A stretch of DNA of 64,000 nucleotides from Diplonema japonicum (GCA_964019335.1 OZ025695.1:474881-538880), one strand, 5' to 3'; shown: positions 21,796-34,185, numbered from the stretch's first letter. Numbers and translations are program-made. The notes: generated by a model not told the origin, from the letters alone.

Positions 21796-22992
21796 TCACA
21801 CCTCTTCATGCACAATAGGCGTCTTCAGGTCTGTAACATCAGGCGAGTCCGAAGGCATGTCGTCCGAGGACTCAGGTCTTCCAAAAACAAAGACACTCTG
21901 TTCACAAGATGTGTCGGGGACCGACTTGTCAGCCGGATGCACAGAAGCGTCCTGCACCCCATGCTTGTGGAAGACATCCACCACCATCCCCAACACAACG
22001 CACATTTCCTCAGCTGATTCCACCGACATGGCAACCTTGCACGAGCCTACATTCTGCACATCCGTGAGCTGCCACACAGCCAGCTTGTTCACGGCCTTCA
22101 CTTCATTGATAGCGAGGATCTCTTTTCTCAGAAGGTCCACATTGACAGTGGGAGGGGTCCCTTGCAGCATGATGAAAACGGTTTTTTTAGCCAGCGGGAA
22201 GGCGGCCTTCACAAGAAGCCCCGTAATGAGCAGTGACAGGACGGGGTCCACGATGTACCGCCAGGACCACGTCGTCTTCCACATGATGAGAGCTGCGATG
22301 ATGACGGCGACAGAAGCAAGCGTGTCGCCAAGGAGGTGCAGGTACAGCGCTTGGGAATTTGTGTGGCCCTCTTGTTTAACGGGCCTCCTGATGAGCTCGT
22401 GTGTGGAGTTGGCCCGTGACCCCATGGACGCCCTGTGCTCTGCAGACCCCGCTGAGTAACGGTGTTCCAATTCGATGTCTGTCATGGTGACGGGTGCCGC
22501 ATGGCTGTGGCCATGGTCGTGGCCGTGATGATGGCTGTGGCCGTGCCCCCCATGTGCGTGATCGCACCCCATGTGTGAATGTTCTCTGAACACGACAAGG
22601 CCGAGCAGGTTGATGAGCAGGCCCACAGAAGCCGTTACGAGCAGAACGACAGGCTGCTCGATTTTCTCATCGAGGAAGAGCCTGTGGATGGACTCGACTG
22701 CTATCGTGAAGCACAGCGCCAGCAGGAACACGGAGTTGACCAAAGCGCCCACCAGCTCCGCACGTTTCCACCCGTATGTGAAGTTGTCCGTCTTTTCTTT
22801 CTTTGCCGCTTTGATTGATATCAACGTGATGATCAGCGCGAGGCAGTCGGACATCACATGGAACGCATCGGCCGTCAACGCCACGCAGTTCGTGAGCCTC
22901 CCGACCACCAGCTCCACAAAGAAATAACCCCCGGTGAGGATGATCATCATCCACACCCTCGTCTCGCGTTGCCACTCGCTGGGCCACTTCAT
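21796..22992 (-). CDS. Cation diffusion facilitator zinc transporter (ZnT1/Zrc1-like)
   Basis: 'ALTADAFHVMSD', 'FTYGWKRAELVGALVN', a His-rich loop, 'LYLHLLGD', 'DPVLS' and 'MLQGTP'. Confidence 0.93.
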   Translation of the reverse strand: MKWPSEWQRETRVWMMIILTGGYFFVELVVGRLTNCVALTADAFHVMSDCLALIITLISIKAAKKEKTDNFTYGWKRAELVGALVNSVFLLALCFTIAVESIHRLFLDEKIEQPVVLLVTASVGLLINLLGLVVFREHSHMGCDHAHGGHGHSHHHGHDHGHSHAAPVTMTDIELEHRYSAGSAEHRASMGSRANSTHELIRRPVKQEGHTNSQALYLHLLGDTLASVAVIIAALIMWKTTWSWRYIVDPVLSLLITGLLVKAAFPLAKKTVFIMLQGTPPTVNVDLLRKEILAINEVKAVNKLAVWQLTDVQNVGSCKVAMSVESAEEMCVVLGMVVDVFHKHGVQDASVHPADKSVPDTSCEQSVFVFGRPESSDDMPSDSPDVTDLKTPIVHEEV

Positions 22993-23080
22993 CTTCAGCT
23001 GGAAGGGGCCTCAGAATGCTAGAATCGAAATTGAAGAGAAATAAAAAAAAGGGGGGGGATAGACTGGCAAGGGCCTCCGT

Positions 23081-24073
23081 TTACTTACTAAAAAAGACAT
23101 CATAGTAAACAGGTCTGTAGACAGGACCTTTCCTGCTTTCACCTACCCTCTGGGTACTCAAGAGCCGGAGGTATTTCTTTTTTGCAGGCTCCCTCTCAAA
23201 CATCAGAACATCGTCGACAGCAACAGGGGACTCGGACGGGTTGGCTAGCTCCAGTAAAAGGAAGGGCGGTCCGTGTGGGGGGATGAAGTAGATGTTGGTT
23301 CTGAAGTGGGTGGTGATGAGGAGTGCACGGGGTGTGAGTGAGAGCCTAGGGATGCCTGTCTCTATCGCCCATATAGCAGCGTCATCCACAAGACTCCAAA
23401 GGAACGTGGTTTTGCTGGCATAGCCCGCAACATGGACGGATGAGATGGACCCGACAGTGAGATGGGCCCCTTTCAGGTAGTTGGCCAGCCTTGATTCTTG
23501 CAGTTCGTTGTTGTGGTAGACCTTCCCCGCGGTGGTGAGCAGCTTGTAGTCCCCGTCAGGGTTTACGAGGCACAGGGACAGGATACCGGAAGGGCCATTG
23601 TGGACCCATTCACGGCCCCCCTTGAGCAGGACGAGTCGTATGAGGCTGGACTCGGTTGCCATGACGAGACCGTAGGGCCGTGAGTGGTGGTGCGTGATGC
23701 GCTCACCGTAGCCTGCGGTGTAGCAGTGCACTCTGTTGTTTTTAATGAACCCCACGTTGATAGCACCGTCAACTACATATGAATTCCGCGCCACGCAGCT
23801 TGCGGGGTCTGCCTCGGGGCCTTTTATCCCATCGTCGTTTTCCCGCACCCTCACCTCGTGAACCCACCCCACTCCGCGAGCTGCCATCCACCAGCACCAG
23901 CACCACAGCCCGTCACTGCGCAACCCGACCATCCCGTGTAGACCGTCCTCGACCACTCGTCTCACTCCCCGAGCCACCCTCCCCAGCATCAGCCACTCCC
24001 CAGGGCTGCAGTACATCACGAGGATGATGCTCACCAGGTCCACAGGAAGCCGTGTCAACGTGCTCCTCTCCAT
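23081..24073 (-). CDS. F-box-like protein
   Basis: N-terminal 'LTRLPVDLVSIILVMYC...WLMLGRVARGVRRVV' followed by a beta-rich C-terminal part. Confidence 0.6.
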   Translation of the reverse strand: MERSTLTRLPVDLVSIILVMYCSPGEWLMLGRVARGVRRVVEDGLHGMVGLRSDGLWCWCWWMAARGVGWVHEVRVRENDDGIKGPEADPASCVARNSYVVDGAINVGFIKNNRVHCYTAGYGERITHHHSRPYGLVMATESSLIRLVLLKGGREWVHNGPSGILSLCLVNPDGDYKLLTTAGKVYHNNELQESRLANYLKGAHLTVGSISSVHVAGYASKTTFLWSLVDDAAIWAIETGIPRLSLTPRALLITTHFRTNIYFIPPHGPPFLLLELANPSESPVAVDDVLMFEREPAKKKYLRLLSTQRVGESRKGPVYRPVYYDVFFSK

Positions 24074-24641
24074 CTCGTGCGGACCTGCTGTGTGTTAATG
24101 TTGAACAGAAAGAAAGGAATATTTGTAAAAGCCGGGAGGGAACCGCCTGCAATCTTCGAACTCCCCTCTGCACAGGGAAGAAAAGTACACAGCGTTTATG
24201 TCTTCTTGCTAGTCAAGGATGAACCGTAACCCAGGGAGGGTGGTGGTGGTGGTGGGGAAGGCAGCAGGGACCCCGATGACCACCCCAGCACTACGAAGAG
24301 AAAAAATGAAATAGTAAAACGGGGTGAATCAAAAATGGAAAGGCAGTTTTTAAAAAAAAGAAGAAAATAAAAAAGAGAAAAAAAAAGAACAAAGGAGAAA
24401 CGAGGGTGAAAAAAGTGGGGGGGGGGGGAGGGGGAAATATGTCGCTAATTGTACAATTAAACACTCCCAACTGCAGCACGCACCAAATACCAAGCAGGTG
24501 ATCAACGTGAAGGACAAGGAAAGTGAAAATAAGTAACGGGATAAGGCCGAAGGACCCTGTGTGGCAGCAAGGCCAACTTCAACTTCATGGTGATGCCACG
24601 CCTTTAGATGCTACCAGGTCCTATGAGCCAAGCCCTGCTGC

Positions 24642-26371
24642 TTATTTGTTGTACTGGGTAGAGGCAATGTTGCCACCCTTTCCTGTCCAGTTGGTGTGCA
24701 CGAACTTGCCCGGGCTGTCAAGCAGCTCGTATGTGTGGGCACCGAAGTAATCACGCTGAGCCTGTAATGGTGTTGTTATTCGTTCTGTGCTGTTTCTGCA
24801 TACCTGAAGCAAGTTGGCAGGCAGGCGAGCAGTGCGGTACCCGTCCCAGAACGCCAGTGAAGTGGAGAGGGTTGGGGTTGGGATCCCGCAAGTGGCTGCC
24901 TCTGCCACGACGTCCCTCCATGCGGCCTCACACTCCGAGATCTTGTTCTTGAACCAGTCGTCGACGAGGAGCGACTCCAGCAACGGCTGGTTATCAAAGG
25001 CCTCCTTAATCTTACCCAAGAAGGTGCCTGTAGCGTTTGTTACTCGTTACCTTTACTTTTGTACATACTCCTAATAATGCACCCACCCCTCCACATCAAG
25101 GCAATCGAGCCGTAGTTCAGCGTCCAGCCGTGCTCGGAGGCTGCTGCTCTCAGAAGCATGAAGCCCTGTGCATAGGACACAATCTTCGCAGCAAGGAGCG
25201 CCTTGCCCAGCTTCTCGACGAAAGCCGCCTTGTCACCGGAGAAGGTCTTCGCCGCGCTGGACTTCAGCACCTGCGAGGCCCTAACTCTCTCGTCCTTGAT
25301 GGACGACAGGCACCTGGCGAACACAGACTCGCCGATGAGCGTCAGAGGGACACCCAGGTCGAGGGCTTCGATACCAGTCCACTTACCCGTGCCCTTCTGC
25401 CCTGCAGTGTCACGGATCTTCTCCACCAAGGGGGCACCGTCCTCTTCGAATGCAAGGATATCGGCGGTGATCTCAATGAGGTACGACTCGAGGTCACCCT
25501 TGTTGTACTCTGTGAAAACATTGGCCATCTCCTTGGGCTCCATCCCAAGCATGTCCCTCATGATGTGGTACACCTCGCAGATCACCTGCATGTCGCCGTA
25601 CTCGATCCCGTTGTGCACCATCTTCACGTAGTGCCCGGCACCGTCCTGCCCAACCCAGTTGCAGCAGGGCTCGTCGCCCACCTTGGCACAAATGGCCTGG
25701 AAGATGGGCCTCACATGCTGCCATGCCTCGAAGGAGCCGCCGGGCATGATGGATGGGCCATACCTGGCACCCTCCTCGCCGCCCGACACACCCGCCCCGA
25801 TGAAATGGATGCCCTTCTTGGTGAGGGTCTTGGTGCGCCTGATGGAGTCGGGGAAGTGGGAGTTGCCACCGTCGATGACGATGTCGCCGTGCTCCAAGTA
25901 GGGGATCAGGGCGTCGATGAAGTCGTCGACAGGCTGCCCCGCCTTCACCATGAGCATCACCTTCCTAGGCCTCTTCAGGTTCCTGCACATGTCCTCAGTG
26001 CTCTTGGCACCGATCACATTGGCAACGCCCTTGGCGGCGCCCCTCTCGACGAAGTCGTCGACCTTGTCCTTCGACCTGTTCCATGCGATCACTTTGAAGC
26101 CGTTGTCTGCCATGTTCAGGATGAGGTTCTGCCCCATCACGGCCATCCCGATGACGGCAATATCGCCCTCAGCGTACGAACCTTCAGAGCCGCTCGACGC
26201 CTTCGAGCCCAGCTTGATGCGCTTGTTCTTCGCTTCCTCAAGAGCATGCGCAAGCCCCGTCCAGATGTCCCCTGGACATTCGTTGGCTACTGACGCCAGC
26301 ATGTCGTTGATGATGCCATCGAGGTTGTGTTTGTTGTAGAACGCCTTTACCTCAGCTTCGTCGAAAGACAT
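24642..26371 (-). CDS. PGD: 6-phosphogluconate dehydrogenase (decarboxylating) with an N-terminal Dpy-30/RIIa-like extension, introns at 25028-25068 and 24762-24803
   Basis: 'IGMAVMGQNL', 'GVSGGEEGARYGPSIMPGG', 'HYVKMVHNGIEYGDMQ', 'QKGTGKW'. Splicing restores 'WRGGCIIRS|TFL' and 'PANLLQ|AQRDYFGAHTY'. Confidence 0.96.
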
Positions 26372-26825
26372 TTTTATGTATTTGCTGCTGCTGCGCAGTT
26401 GACGTTGAAGCGTGCGGCAGGCCATCCTTCACAAAGTATGAAACTACAAGAGATATGGAATTACGAGGTTAAAAAAAAAAAGAAAACAACAAAGCAGCAC
26501 CGTCACCGCAGTGGGGTGCTGGTGTTCCTTATCGCTTCTTTTATGTTCTAATTTCGGTGCTTCTACTAAGACACGTGATCGTGAAAGCACCTGTGGCGTC
26601 GGCTGTGTTCTCTTTAGTAACACTTTGACGCGGGTGGTGAGGGCACAACGGAAAAGGGAGAGCAAACAATCACAACAAAAGAGAAATGGGGTTAAAACGG
26701 ACTTTTTTATGGGCTTTACAAGGTCAGGGGGAGGGGAGGGTGGTTACAACTCTGCTGGGTAAGCTAACTAACTGTACAAGTGAACACAGGCAGACAGGAC
26801 AAATAAAGAACCCGGGCTCGGATGA

Positions 26826-29069
26826 TTAGTACAGCCTCGCCTTATCCTCCTGGGACATGACGACAAAGCTTCCTGAGTGCTCCGATGACCCGCCCCTCGA
26901 GACGACAAACTCTACCTGTGCACCTACCTTGGCGTGGGCCTTGAAGACATCTTTGAAGGAGTTGATTGATGATACACGCTCCATCCCGAAGTTTACGAGC
27001 ACATCACCATCCATGACACCAGCAATGTCGGCAGGCCCCCCTTCCACGACACCTTCGATCTGGCAGATCGCTTCGTTCGACACATCAATCTGCATCCCCA
27101 GCCACGGCAATTTCGCTGGGTTCTTCTTTACCTTCCTCCCTGTCTTTGGTGTCGCTGTCCTTGGTGTGCTTGGACGTGCGCTCGGTGTCACAGAAGACCT
27201 CCTCGCCACCCTCTTCCCAGAAGGTTTCCTCACGGCACTCGTCCCTCGCTTCTTTGTCGACACCTTCCGCTTCTTGCTGGACTTCCTGCTACTCTTCCTG
27301 CTGCTTTTCCTGCTCCCTGGCGAGCCATCAGGGCGTTTAACCATCTTGCGTCCCGATTTGCTCTTGCTCCTCTTTTTCGAAACCTTGCGAACGCCCGTCG
27401 ACTTAGATGTCTTGGGACGGGGCGACTTTGCCCTCGGTTTGGGGGACTTGGATTTCTTAGAGGATTTCTTAGAGGACTTGGCAGGGGGTTTCGGAGTGGC
27501 AAGAGAGGCAACACGCGGTGTGATGCTCCTGCGAGGTGTCCTGGGGGTGCCGGCTCCTGTTGACGCGCCAGGACGTGGTGTGCTTGAGCGGCGCACGCGG
27601 GACACCTTCGGGGCAGGCTTGGACGATGCGGACCTCGATGGCTTCGAGGCTCTAGATGGCTTCGAAGATCTAGACGTCTTGGGTGCGGGCGATGCTGTCA
27701 CGGGCCTGCGTGATGACACCCTTGAAGCCCCTGTGCTAGGACGGCGCCTCGGTTTCACACCAGAGTCGAGCCTTGCTTTGTTAACTGACCTCTCACGTCC
27801 CTTCTTCCCCCTGAGGGGCGAAGCAAACTCCTCATCTATCTCCTTCCTCCTGCGGAACGCTTGCAGCACGATCTCTAGCAGCGTGCAAGCGTTGATGATA
27901 ACCTCTTGGTTGTGTATCATCTTCGCCCTCTTCTGGATATTCATCATGTCGTACGCTATGATCATGTCACGGATCCCGCACACGGCGCCTCGTAGAGCCT
28001 TCTTTGGGAGGATGGCACCATCAGGCTGGGGTGCGAGCACCCAGAGGCCATCCATGAAGGTATCGGAGGTGGTGTATCCCAGCTTGGCATTCTCTTTTTC
28101 AATGACCCTCTTGACAGCCTTCAGCCCTGATTCGTACAACCTGTTCTCCTGTCCTTTGCCCTCATCCCTAGAGATGGTAAGCCTCTCGAAGTCGTACATG
28201 CAGTGCACAGCCCTGCCCTTCAGCATCGTCATGATTTCGTTCACTTGCTCTGAATCCCTCTCGCCTACCAAGTTGAGCTTATGGTTGTTCAGCTCCATCT
28301 TCACAGTGAGCATCTGCATGTCAATGTCGCGCTTCTCGCCGTTCAGCATTTCCGTCTCTGCCTGCAGTCGCAAGATGTCATTCTCCGCACGTTCCATGGC
28401 ATCGGCAATCTGTTCATCCGTCATGTCCCCCTGGTTGATGATGCGGTGCAGGTCGGCATTGTCCTCACATATCCTAGCGTACTGCCTTTGCAGCTCCTGT
28501 GCAGTTCTATGGATTGTAACACCACATACCATCTCGTGCCCGTACTTCAGGTAGTCGGCTATCTTTTTGTAGTATAGTCTGAGCACTCCCTTCTCTGTGT
28601 TCCGTGCAAGACAATCGGAGAACTTGTGTCGCTTACGGATGCTCTGTAAGGTTTTTAAATTCGACAATAACAACAAACCTCACGCTGCTTCATGAACCTC
28701 ACGAGTCTGTTGTAGAACATGCGCTGCAGGCCTCTCTCCGTGTGCGATAGGAGCGACTCGGCAGCTGTGTTGGTTTTCGTGCTGTGCGAGCTTCAACATA
28801 CCCTGGACACGTTTTGCGTTGGCTTTCTCCCTTCTTCCGAACTCAATCATCTGCCCCAAGAAGACGTTCATGGAACCCCTTTCGGTGTGCTTAAACAGCA
28901 GCTTGGCAATTTCGCCTCGCTTATTCAGGTCTCTCTTCTTCTGGTACCACCTCTGCCATCTCTGGTAATACACCATTTGCAGGCCGTTTCTGATAGTCCT
29001 GAACAGCACTTGTGCCATGCCCAATCGCTTGTTGTTGTTGTTCAGATTTCTCACGAATCTGGTGTGTGT

Positions 29070-29120
<51 letters not shown>

Positions 29121-30647
29121 CGCGTTGGTTGACATACTCCTGCAGCTTTTTCCAGTAAGCCGTCTGCAGGCCCTGCTGGGTCGTCCTCACCAAGATGTTC
29201 GCAATGTGTTGCTGTATTTATGTCATATTCCTTGCAGTGTTTGTACCTGTTTCCTGTTCTCTTTCTGTGCCGTGCTAAACCAAGACAGCTTCGTGTAGTA
29301 TACGAGCAAAAGGCCTCTTGTCGTTGCTGTGTTGTGTAAGCAATGGTAGACAATGCTGTGTTTTGGCATACTTCTGAGAAGGCTCCAGGCAATATCGCGC
29401 TTCTTTTTAGCGGCGCGGCGATCTTGCACCCATTTCACACTCCTGTCGTAGTACGCTTGCTTTATCCCGCTATGCGACTTTCTGCCCAAGGCGACCGCAA
29501 GTGAACGCTTCCTCCTGGCGTCTATCTCCTCCAAACGGCGTAGTTGGTCCTTTCGCCTCTCGAGCTCTTCGTAGTTGTGAATTACCGTGGCCCGCATGTG
29601 TTCCACAGTGTTCTGCAGTTCCAGTTCCTGTCGCAGCGCGATCATGTGTTGTTGTGGTGATTCGTGAGGGCTAGATTCGGACAGCCAGATCTTAACAGTG
29701 CCGTTCTGCCCAACACTCCACACCTTCATCGCGTTGATCCTGCTCAGGATGTGCAGGTGGTTCACGTAGGTGCCCGAGTGATCGAACATGCGAGTAACTA
29801 ACTGCAGCGTCTCCGCGTCCCAGACACAAATCACACCGTCGACACCACCTGCCCAGATGCGTGTAGACGAAGGGTCTTTCATGAGAGACGTGATAGGACC
29901 CTCACGATGGTCAAGGAACTTAACTAATTGGCCCGTTTGTGTGTTCCAGACTTTCATGGTACCATCAAGGGCAGCAGAGAAGAGGAACACTTCTTGGATT
30001 GCCAGCGCTTTGACACCACCCCTGTGGCCCACTATAGGCCACGGCGCGCCTCGCTCTTGCATGGTCTCCAGATTCCAGCACCTTATAACGTAGTCGTTAC
30101 CACCGCTGAAGAGGAGGTTGCCCTCGGCAGCCAAACTGAGAACAGAGTTCTGATGGCCGCTGAGCTGTACCATGTACCTGAAAGTTGATGCGTCCCACTG
30201 GAGGATTTGCCAATCCTGCGACCCTGTGTAGATGTAACCGGCAAGCTGTGTCATGCAAGTGATGGCACCCGAGTGCTGTTTCACTTCGAAGGCCAGTTCG
30301 AAAGTCTCTTCATCGAAGATCCTAAGGTACCCGTCGCTGAGCCCGCACCACATGTAACCTCCGTACGACAGCATCGAGCACACGTAGACGTCCTTCTTCC
30401 TCTCGATGGACAGCATGATCTCTCCTGTGCCGCCGCTCCTTATGCTGATTTCACCGTCCTGGTCTCCAGTCCAGATGGTCATCCCTGCAAAGAACTCACC
30501 AGGCGCGTTCACCACTTCCAAGCACCTGATGTAGCCATCAAAGCCGCCAAGGCCACGGATGCCCTTCGAGTGCACCATCCCGAACTCGTCGCTGAAGGGC
30601 CGCCTCTGGTCGAGGCGTTGATGTGTTACATCTGATAGATGTGCCAT
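26826..30647 (-). CDS. Single gene: WD40 propeller, helical repeats/coiled coil, K/R/S/P-rich tract and C-terminal PDZ. Six introns: 29327-29371, 29212-29246, 29059-29137, 28765-28801, 28644-28678, 28497-28529
   Basis: GH...WD repeats. The six GT-AG introns join the separate ORF-track fragments in frame and regularise an 'L.RTT..GL...YY.KL' repeat. The C-terminus 'PWLGMQ...EGGPADIAGVMDGDVLV' is a PDZ domain. Confidence 0.87.
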
Positions 30648-30742
30648 GTTGACCCTGCGTGTGCTGCTGTGTGTGAGAACAATGTAACTATAGACAAGAA
30701 AGGGTATTCTAATAAGGGTTCCTAATGTTCCTTCCTAGTGTT

Positions 30743-32917
30743 CTAATCCTCCTTCAGGGCTGCTGCGAGAATCTCGTTGAACTCATCTTGTGTCCTGCCC
30801 AGCTGCAGACGTACCACCTCTGTCTCAGGGTCCACGCTCACGATCTCACAGACTTTCGTGCCCAGCAGCTTCAATTGCTCTTTGTAAGACTTCTTTAGCT
30901 GCGCTGTACCTGCTTTCCTCTGGGTGGGGTCTTGCGTGGTCTGTCCACTTGTAAGGTCATTCACAAGAGTATCCATGTTTGCACGGAAGCACCAAGATCG
31001 TTTGGACTTCAGACAGTTAACGGGCACCATCAGAGCTTGCGTGCCCACAATGGTGGGGCTGTACTTGTGTAACACTGCCGCTGGATCAGTTAGCACGCCC
31101 TGTAGTGTTTGATTCACTATGATCGTGATACCTTCACTTCTTTCACAGCTGCTTGCATGAGATAAGAGTCGCTAGGAACTTTGACCTTTAACAACACTGT
31201 AGTTGGGTCATGGGGCACGCCTTCTGTTTCGATTGCCGCCTGTAGTGGTGACTATGCTCCACTATACTCAGTTGCATACCATCACAGTGCCCTCAAGGGA
31301 CGCACCCATCGCAATAGCTAGCTCTTTCACTATTCCTGCGGAAAGAGGTACCTTTCTCTTCACAACTCCAGTACCTCTTCGTTCATGTAGGCTAAGACTG
31401 TGCTTTGTGAGAACGCTAGCGACATGCGATGAAAAATTTAGTGTAGTCCATGCTGCAGACAGCAAAGAGACCGAAGTGATTCGGGGCGTCACCAGCAGCG
31501 TAACAGTGCCTGCACTGTTTGCTTTGTATTCTACCGATGCAGACGAGAGACTTGCAAAGGTCTTCTTCACCAACGCCACGTCAAAAGCCCTGGCTGTGGA
31601 CACTGTGATTGCATGCATCTGCTGCGGTTCACTTTTTTCCACTCGCAGCAGTCCCCACTGCACGAGTGCTGCGTACAGTGACTGTAGCCCTTCCTTCTGC
31701 TGCTCCAGCTCCAGTTCATGGAGAAGTTTTGACTCGTGTGTCTGCCGCAGGGCATTGGTCTTCATCAACGCGGCTGTGCTCCCCTGGCGTGGTGCCTTCT
31801 TACTCTCTGCAATGACCCGCTCGACGTCCACCCCGAGATCTCGCAACTCGCGCTTCTTAATGACCAGCTCCCTTTGTAGCTTATCAGCATCGCTTTTTAC
31901 CACTCCAACTCGCTGCCGTTGCGCCTTGGTGTTTCGCTGTATCCCAGACAGCTCGTTGTCAACATTTAGGTCGTCTCGCAGCTTCTTCATAAACTCGAGC
32001 TGCCTGTCTAACTCTAATGACAATGTCGCCACTTCTGCCTTCCGCAGGACTATGCTGCACTCTTGCAGCAGCTTGTCGGACTGCGTTTTAATGATGTTCA
32101 GAGACGCTGAGACGTCTGTTGGTTTGGACTCCTGGGATACCACTGGGGGTGTGAGACGTGCCTTTTTATTCGGCTTGTTGAGTTCCTTCTTGACCTTGGA
32201 TGTATGCTTCGTGTCTATTTTGTTAAGCTTCAACATGAGGATGTGGCCGTCAATCACGTCGCACAAACTTCCCTCGCACAGGGCCGATCCCCTATTGTGG
32301 ATCGTTTGTTCCAGGGAAGTCAAGTGGTTCCAGTGGTAGCTCACAACAGGCGGGTTTGTTGTAGCCAGCACTGCAATGTCGTTGGGATGCAGCTCGACAC
32401 CATGCTTAACGAGGTTGTTCTTCACCTTGCCGTAGGGCTGCAGCTGGTCTGGTTTGATGGCGAAGACATGCGTCAGTTTCTCAGCAAGCTCATTGTAATC
32501 CGTGACAGGAATGGTGGTGTGCTCCACAGGGGTTTCACCGGCTACGGTTTCGGTGTGGAACTTGGCCACTTCGAAGACTTCGTCAACTTTCTGAGGACGG
32601 GGCGGGGGGGGCATTGCTTTCTTTGAATCTGTCTTAGCAACCTTACGCGGGGGTTCAGGAACGGGCACGGACGCAGATGAATATGAAGACGAAGAGGATG
32701 AAGCCGACGACGAACGCGAGGACGATTCGTCACGCTTTCGCTTCTTATCCTTCAGACGCACTCGGTCGTGGGTCACCCTCCACCACGTCTTGCCCATGGC
32801 TACGTCCACCTTCTTGCTCTTTGCATGCACTTTCCTCACAGTGCAGTCTACCCAGCCGCTGCCGTCCTTCTGCATGGCTTCCACGGCCATCCCCTTTTCC
32901 AGACAGCTCGTGTCCAT
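30743..32917 (-). CDS. Tudor/Agenet-like domain plus coiled-coil protein, introns at 31240-31279 and 31100-31131
   Basis: N-terminal 'KGMAVEAM...GWVDCTVRKV' resembles a Tudor domain. Two introns ending CACTACAG join ORF 31268-32917 to ORF 30743-31117 in frame. Confidence 0.78.
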
Positions 32918-34115
32918 CTTCCTTCCCTGTTATGTAGTTATGGACTGGCTCGGGGCGGCGAAAGCGCTTAGGAAAAGCCTTAGATCGAATGTGTGTGCCC
33001 ACCCTAATGCCAAGGGCCTCCTGGTCTCTAATCACGTTCCTCGCCATCCGCTGATTGCCCAAACGGAGGTAAATATACATCATGTGCGCAAAGGTTTCTC
33101 TAGATTTGCCCAGTTGAGGGTTCAGCGACGCCTGGTAAGCTGCCTCCGCCACAGGTAGGTAGCGTGCCTTGATGATGTCGGTTGCTCTACACCTATGAGC
33201 CGCATCGATAAACACTCTCATTGAGGAAATGAAGCTTTTGTAGAACGTGGGACTGCGTCCATCTTCTGGGAACCGCAGTGCCGCCTTTGTGAAGGCCTTG
33301 AAATCGCCGTGTGCTGCGCATACTGTCATCAGACACATCGCCAAGTTGTGCTGCGATTGCTTACTTCCGTTCATGTACCTGCTGGCCACACTTTCTTCAA
33401 ACCTCTTCTCAGCTTCCTCCACATTACAGGCCGTTTTGATGCGTGCTATTTGGAACGCGAGGATGCTGACGACAGCATGTTTCGGTTCCATCAAGCTCTC
33501 ACACAGCTTGATCTCTTTTTCCGTAGCACAGCTCTTGAAGAGCAGCTTGGTTGTCCGTTTGTTCGGGTGGATACCTTTCTCTTTCATTGTAACAAATATC
33601 TTAAAGCAAGCCTTCCAACCTTCTCGATAATGAGCTTCCAGCAAACTATTATACACATGTACATCAGGCACATGGCCACAGTTAATCATATCATAGAACA
33701 GTTTTGTCACAACTGCAGGATGTACTGCATTCGCATCTAGCAAGTAACGCCACGCGAACTTTGACCTTGGGATCCTGTTCACCTCCGCTATCTCAATCAG
33801 GTTCGTAGCCAGGTATGAGTCCTTTAGCCCCGCGGCCACCCTTAGTCCATGTGTCAGTGTCAGAACACTCGCCGTGTTCTTCGCAACACCATCTTTAAAC
33901 AACCGCAGCACTTCATCGCAAATGTCCCGGTGCATGTGGGCATCGCTGCGTCCCTGTGGGAGAGTTTCCACAGGGAACAGTTCCTTCAGGTGCCGCATCG
34001 ATGCAATGTCGTCTTTCATGTCCACTGTACTGAGAAGCGGCCGTCGAACTTCTTCGCGTGTCTTCGGTAGAGGGAATGACCATTCTGCACAGCATCGCGC
34101 CGTCAATCTGATCAT
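32745..34115 (-). CDS. PPR-like (pentatricopeptide repeat) protein, probably mitochondrial; 3' end overlaps the next gene
   Basis: 'LFYDMINCGHVPDVHVYNSLLEAH...IFVTMKEKGIHPNKRTTKLLFKSC' are PPR motifs. Start MIRLTAR at 34115 directly follows CCTAG-GT. Confidence 0.8.
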   Translation of the reverse strand: MIRLTARCCAEWSFPLPKTREEVRRPLLSTVDMKDDIASMRHLKELFPVETLPQGRSDAHMHRDICDEVLRLFKDGVAKNTASVLTLTHGLRVAAGLKDSYLATNLIEIAEVNRIPRSKFAWRYLLDANAVHPAVVTKLFYDMINCGHVPDVHVYNSLLEAHYREGWKACFKIFVTMKEKGIHPNKRTTKLLFKSCATEKEIKLCESLMEPKHAVVSILAFQIARIKTACNVEEAEKRFEESVASRYMNGSKQSQHNLAMCLMTVCAAHGDFKAFTKAALRFPEDGRSPTFYKSFISSMRVFIDAAHRCRATDIIKARYLPVAEAAYQASLNPQLGKSRETFAHMMYIYLRLGNQRMARNVIRDQEALGIRVGTHIRSKAFPKRFRRPEPVHNYITGKEDGHELSGKGDGRGSHAEGRQRLGRLHCEESACKEQEGGRSHGQDVVEGDPRPSASEG

Positions 34116-34185
34116 ACCTAGGCTGGTGTGAGTGGCGCAAGTTTGAATAATACAAAAAGAGTTCGCCGAGCTCAGCAAAGACATG

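Noticed and set aside
25037-32339. Long plus-strand ORFs (418, 565 and 378 aa)
   Set aside because: Antisense shadows of well-supported minus-strand genes, with no motifs of their own.
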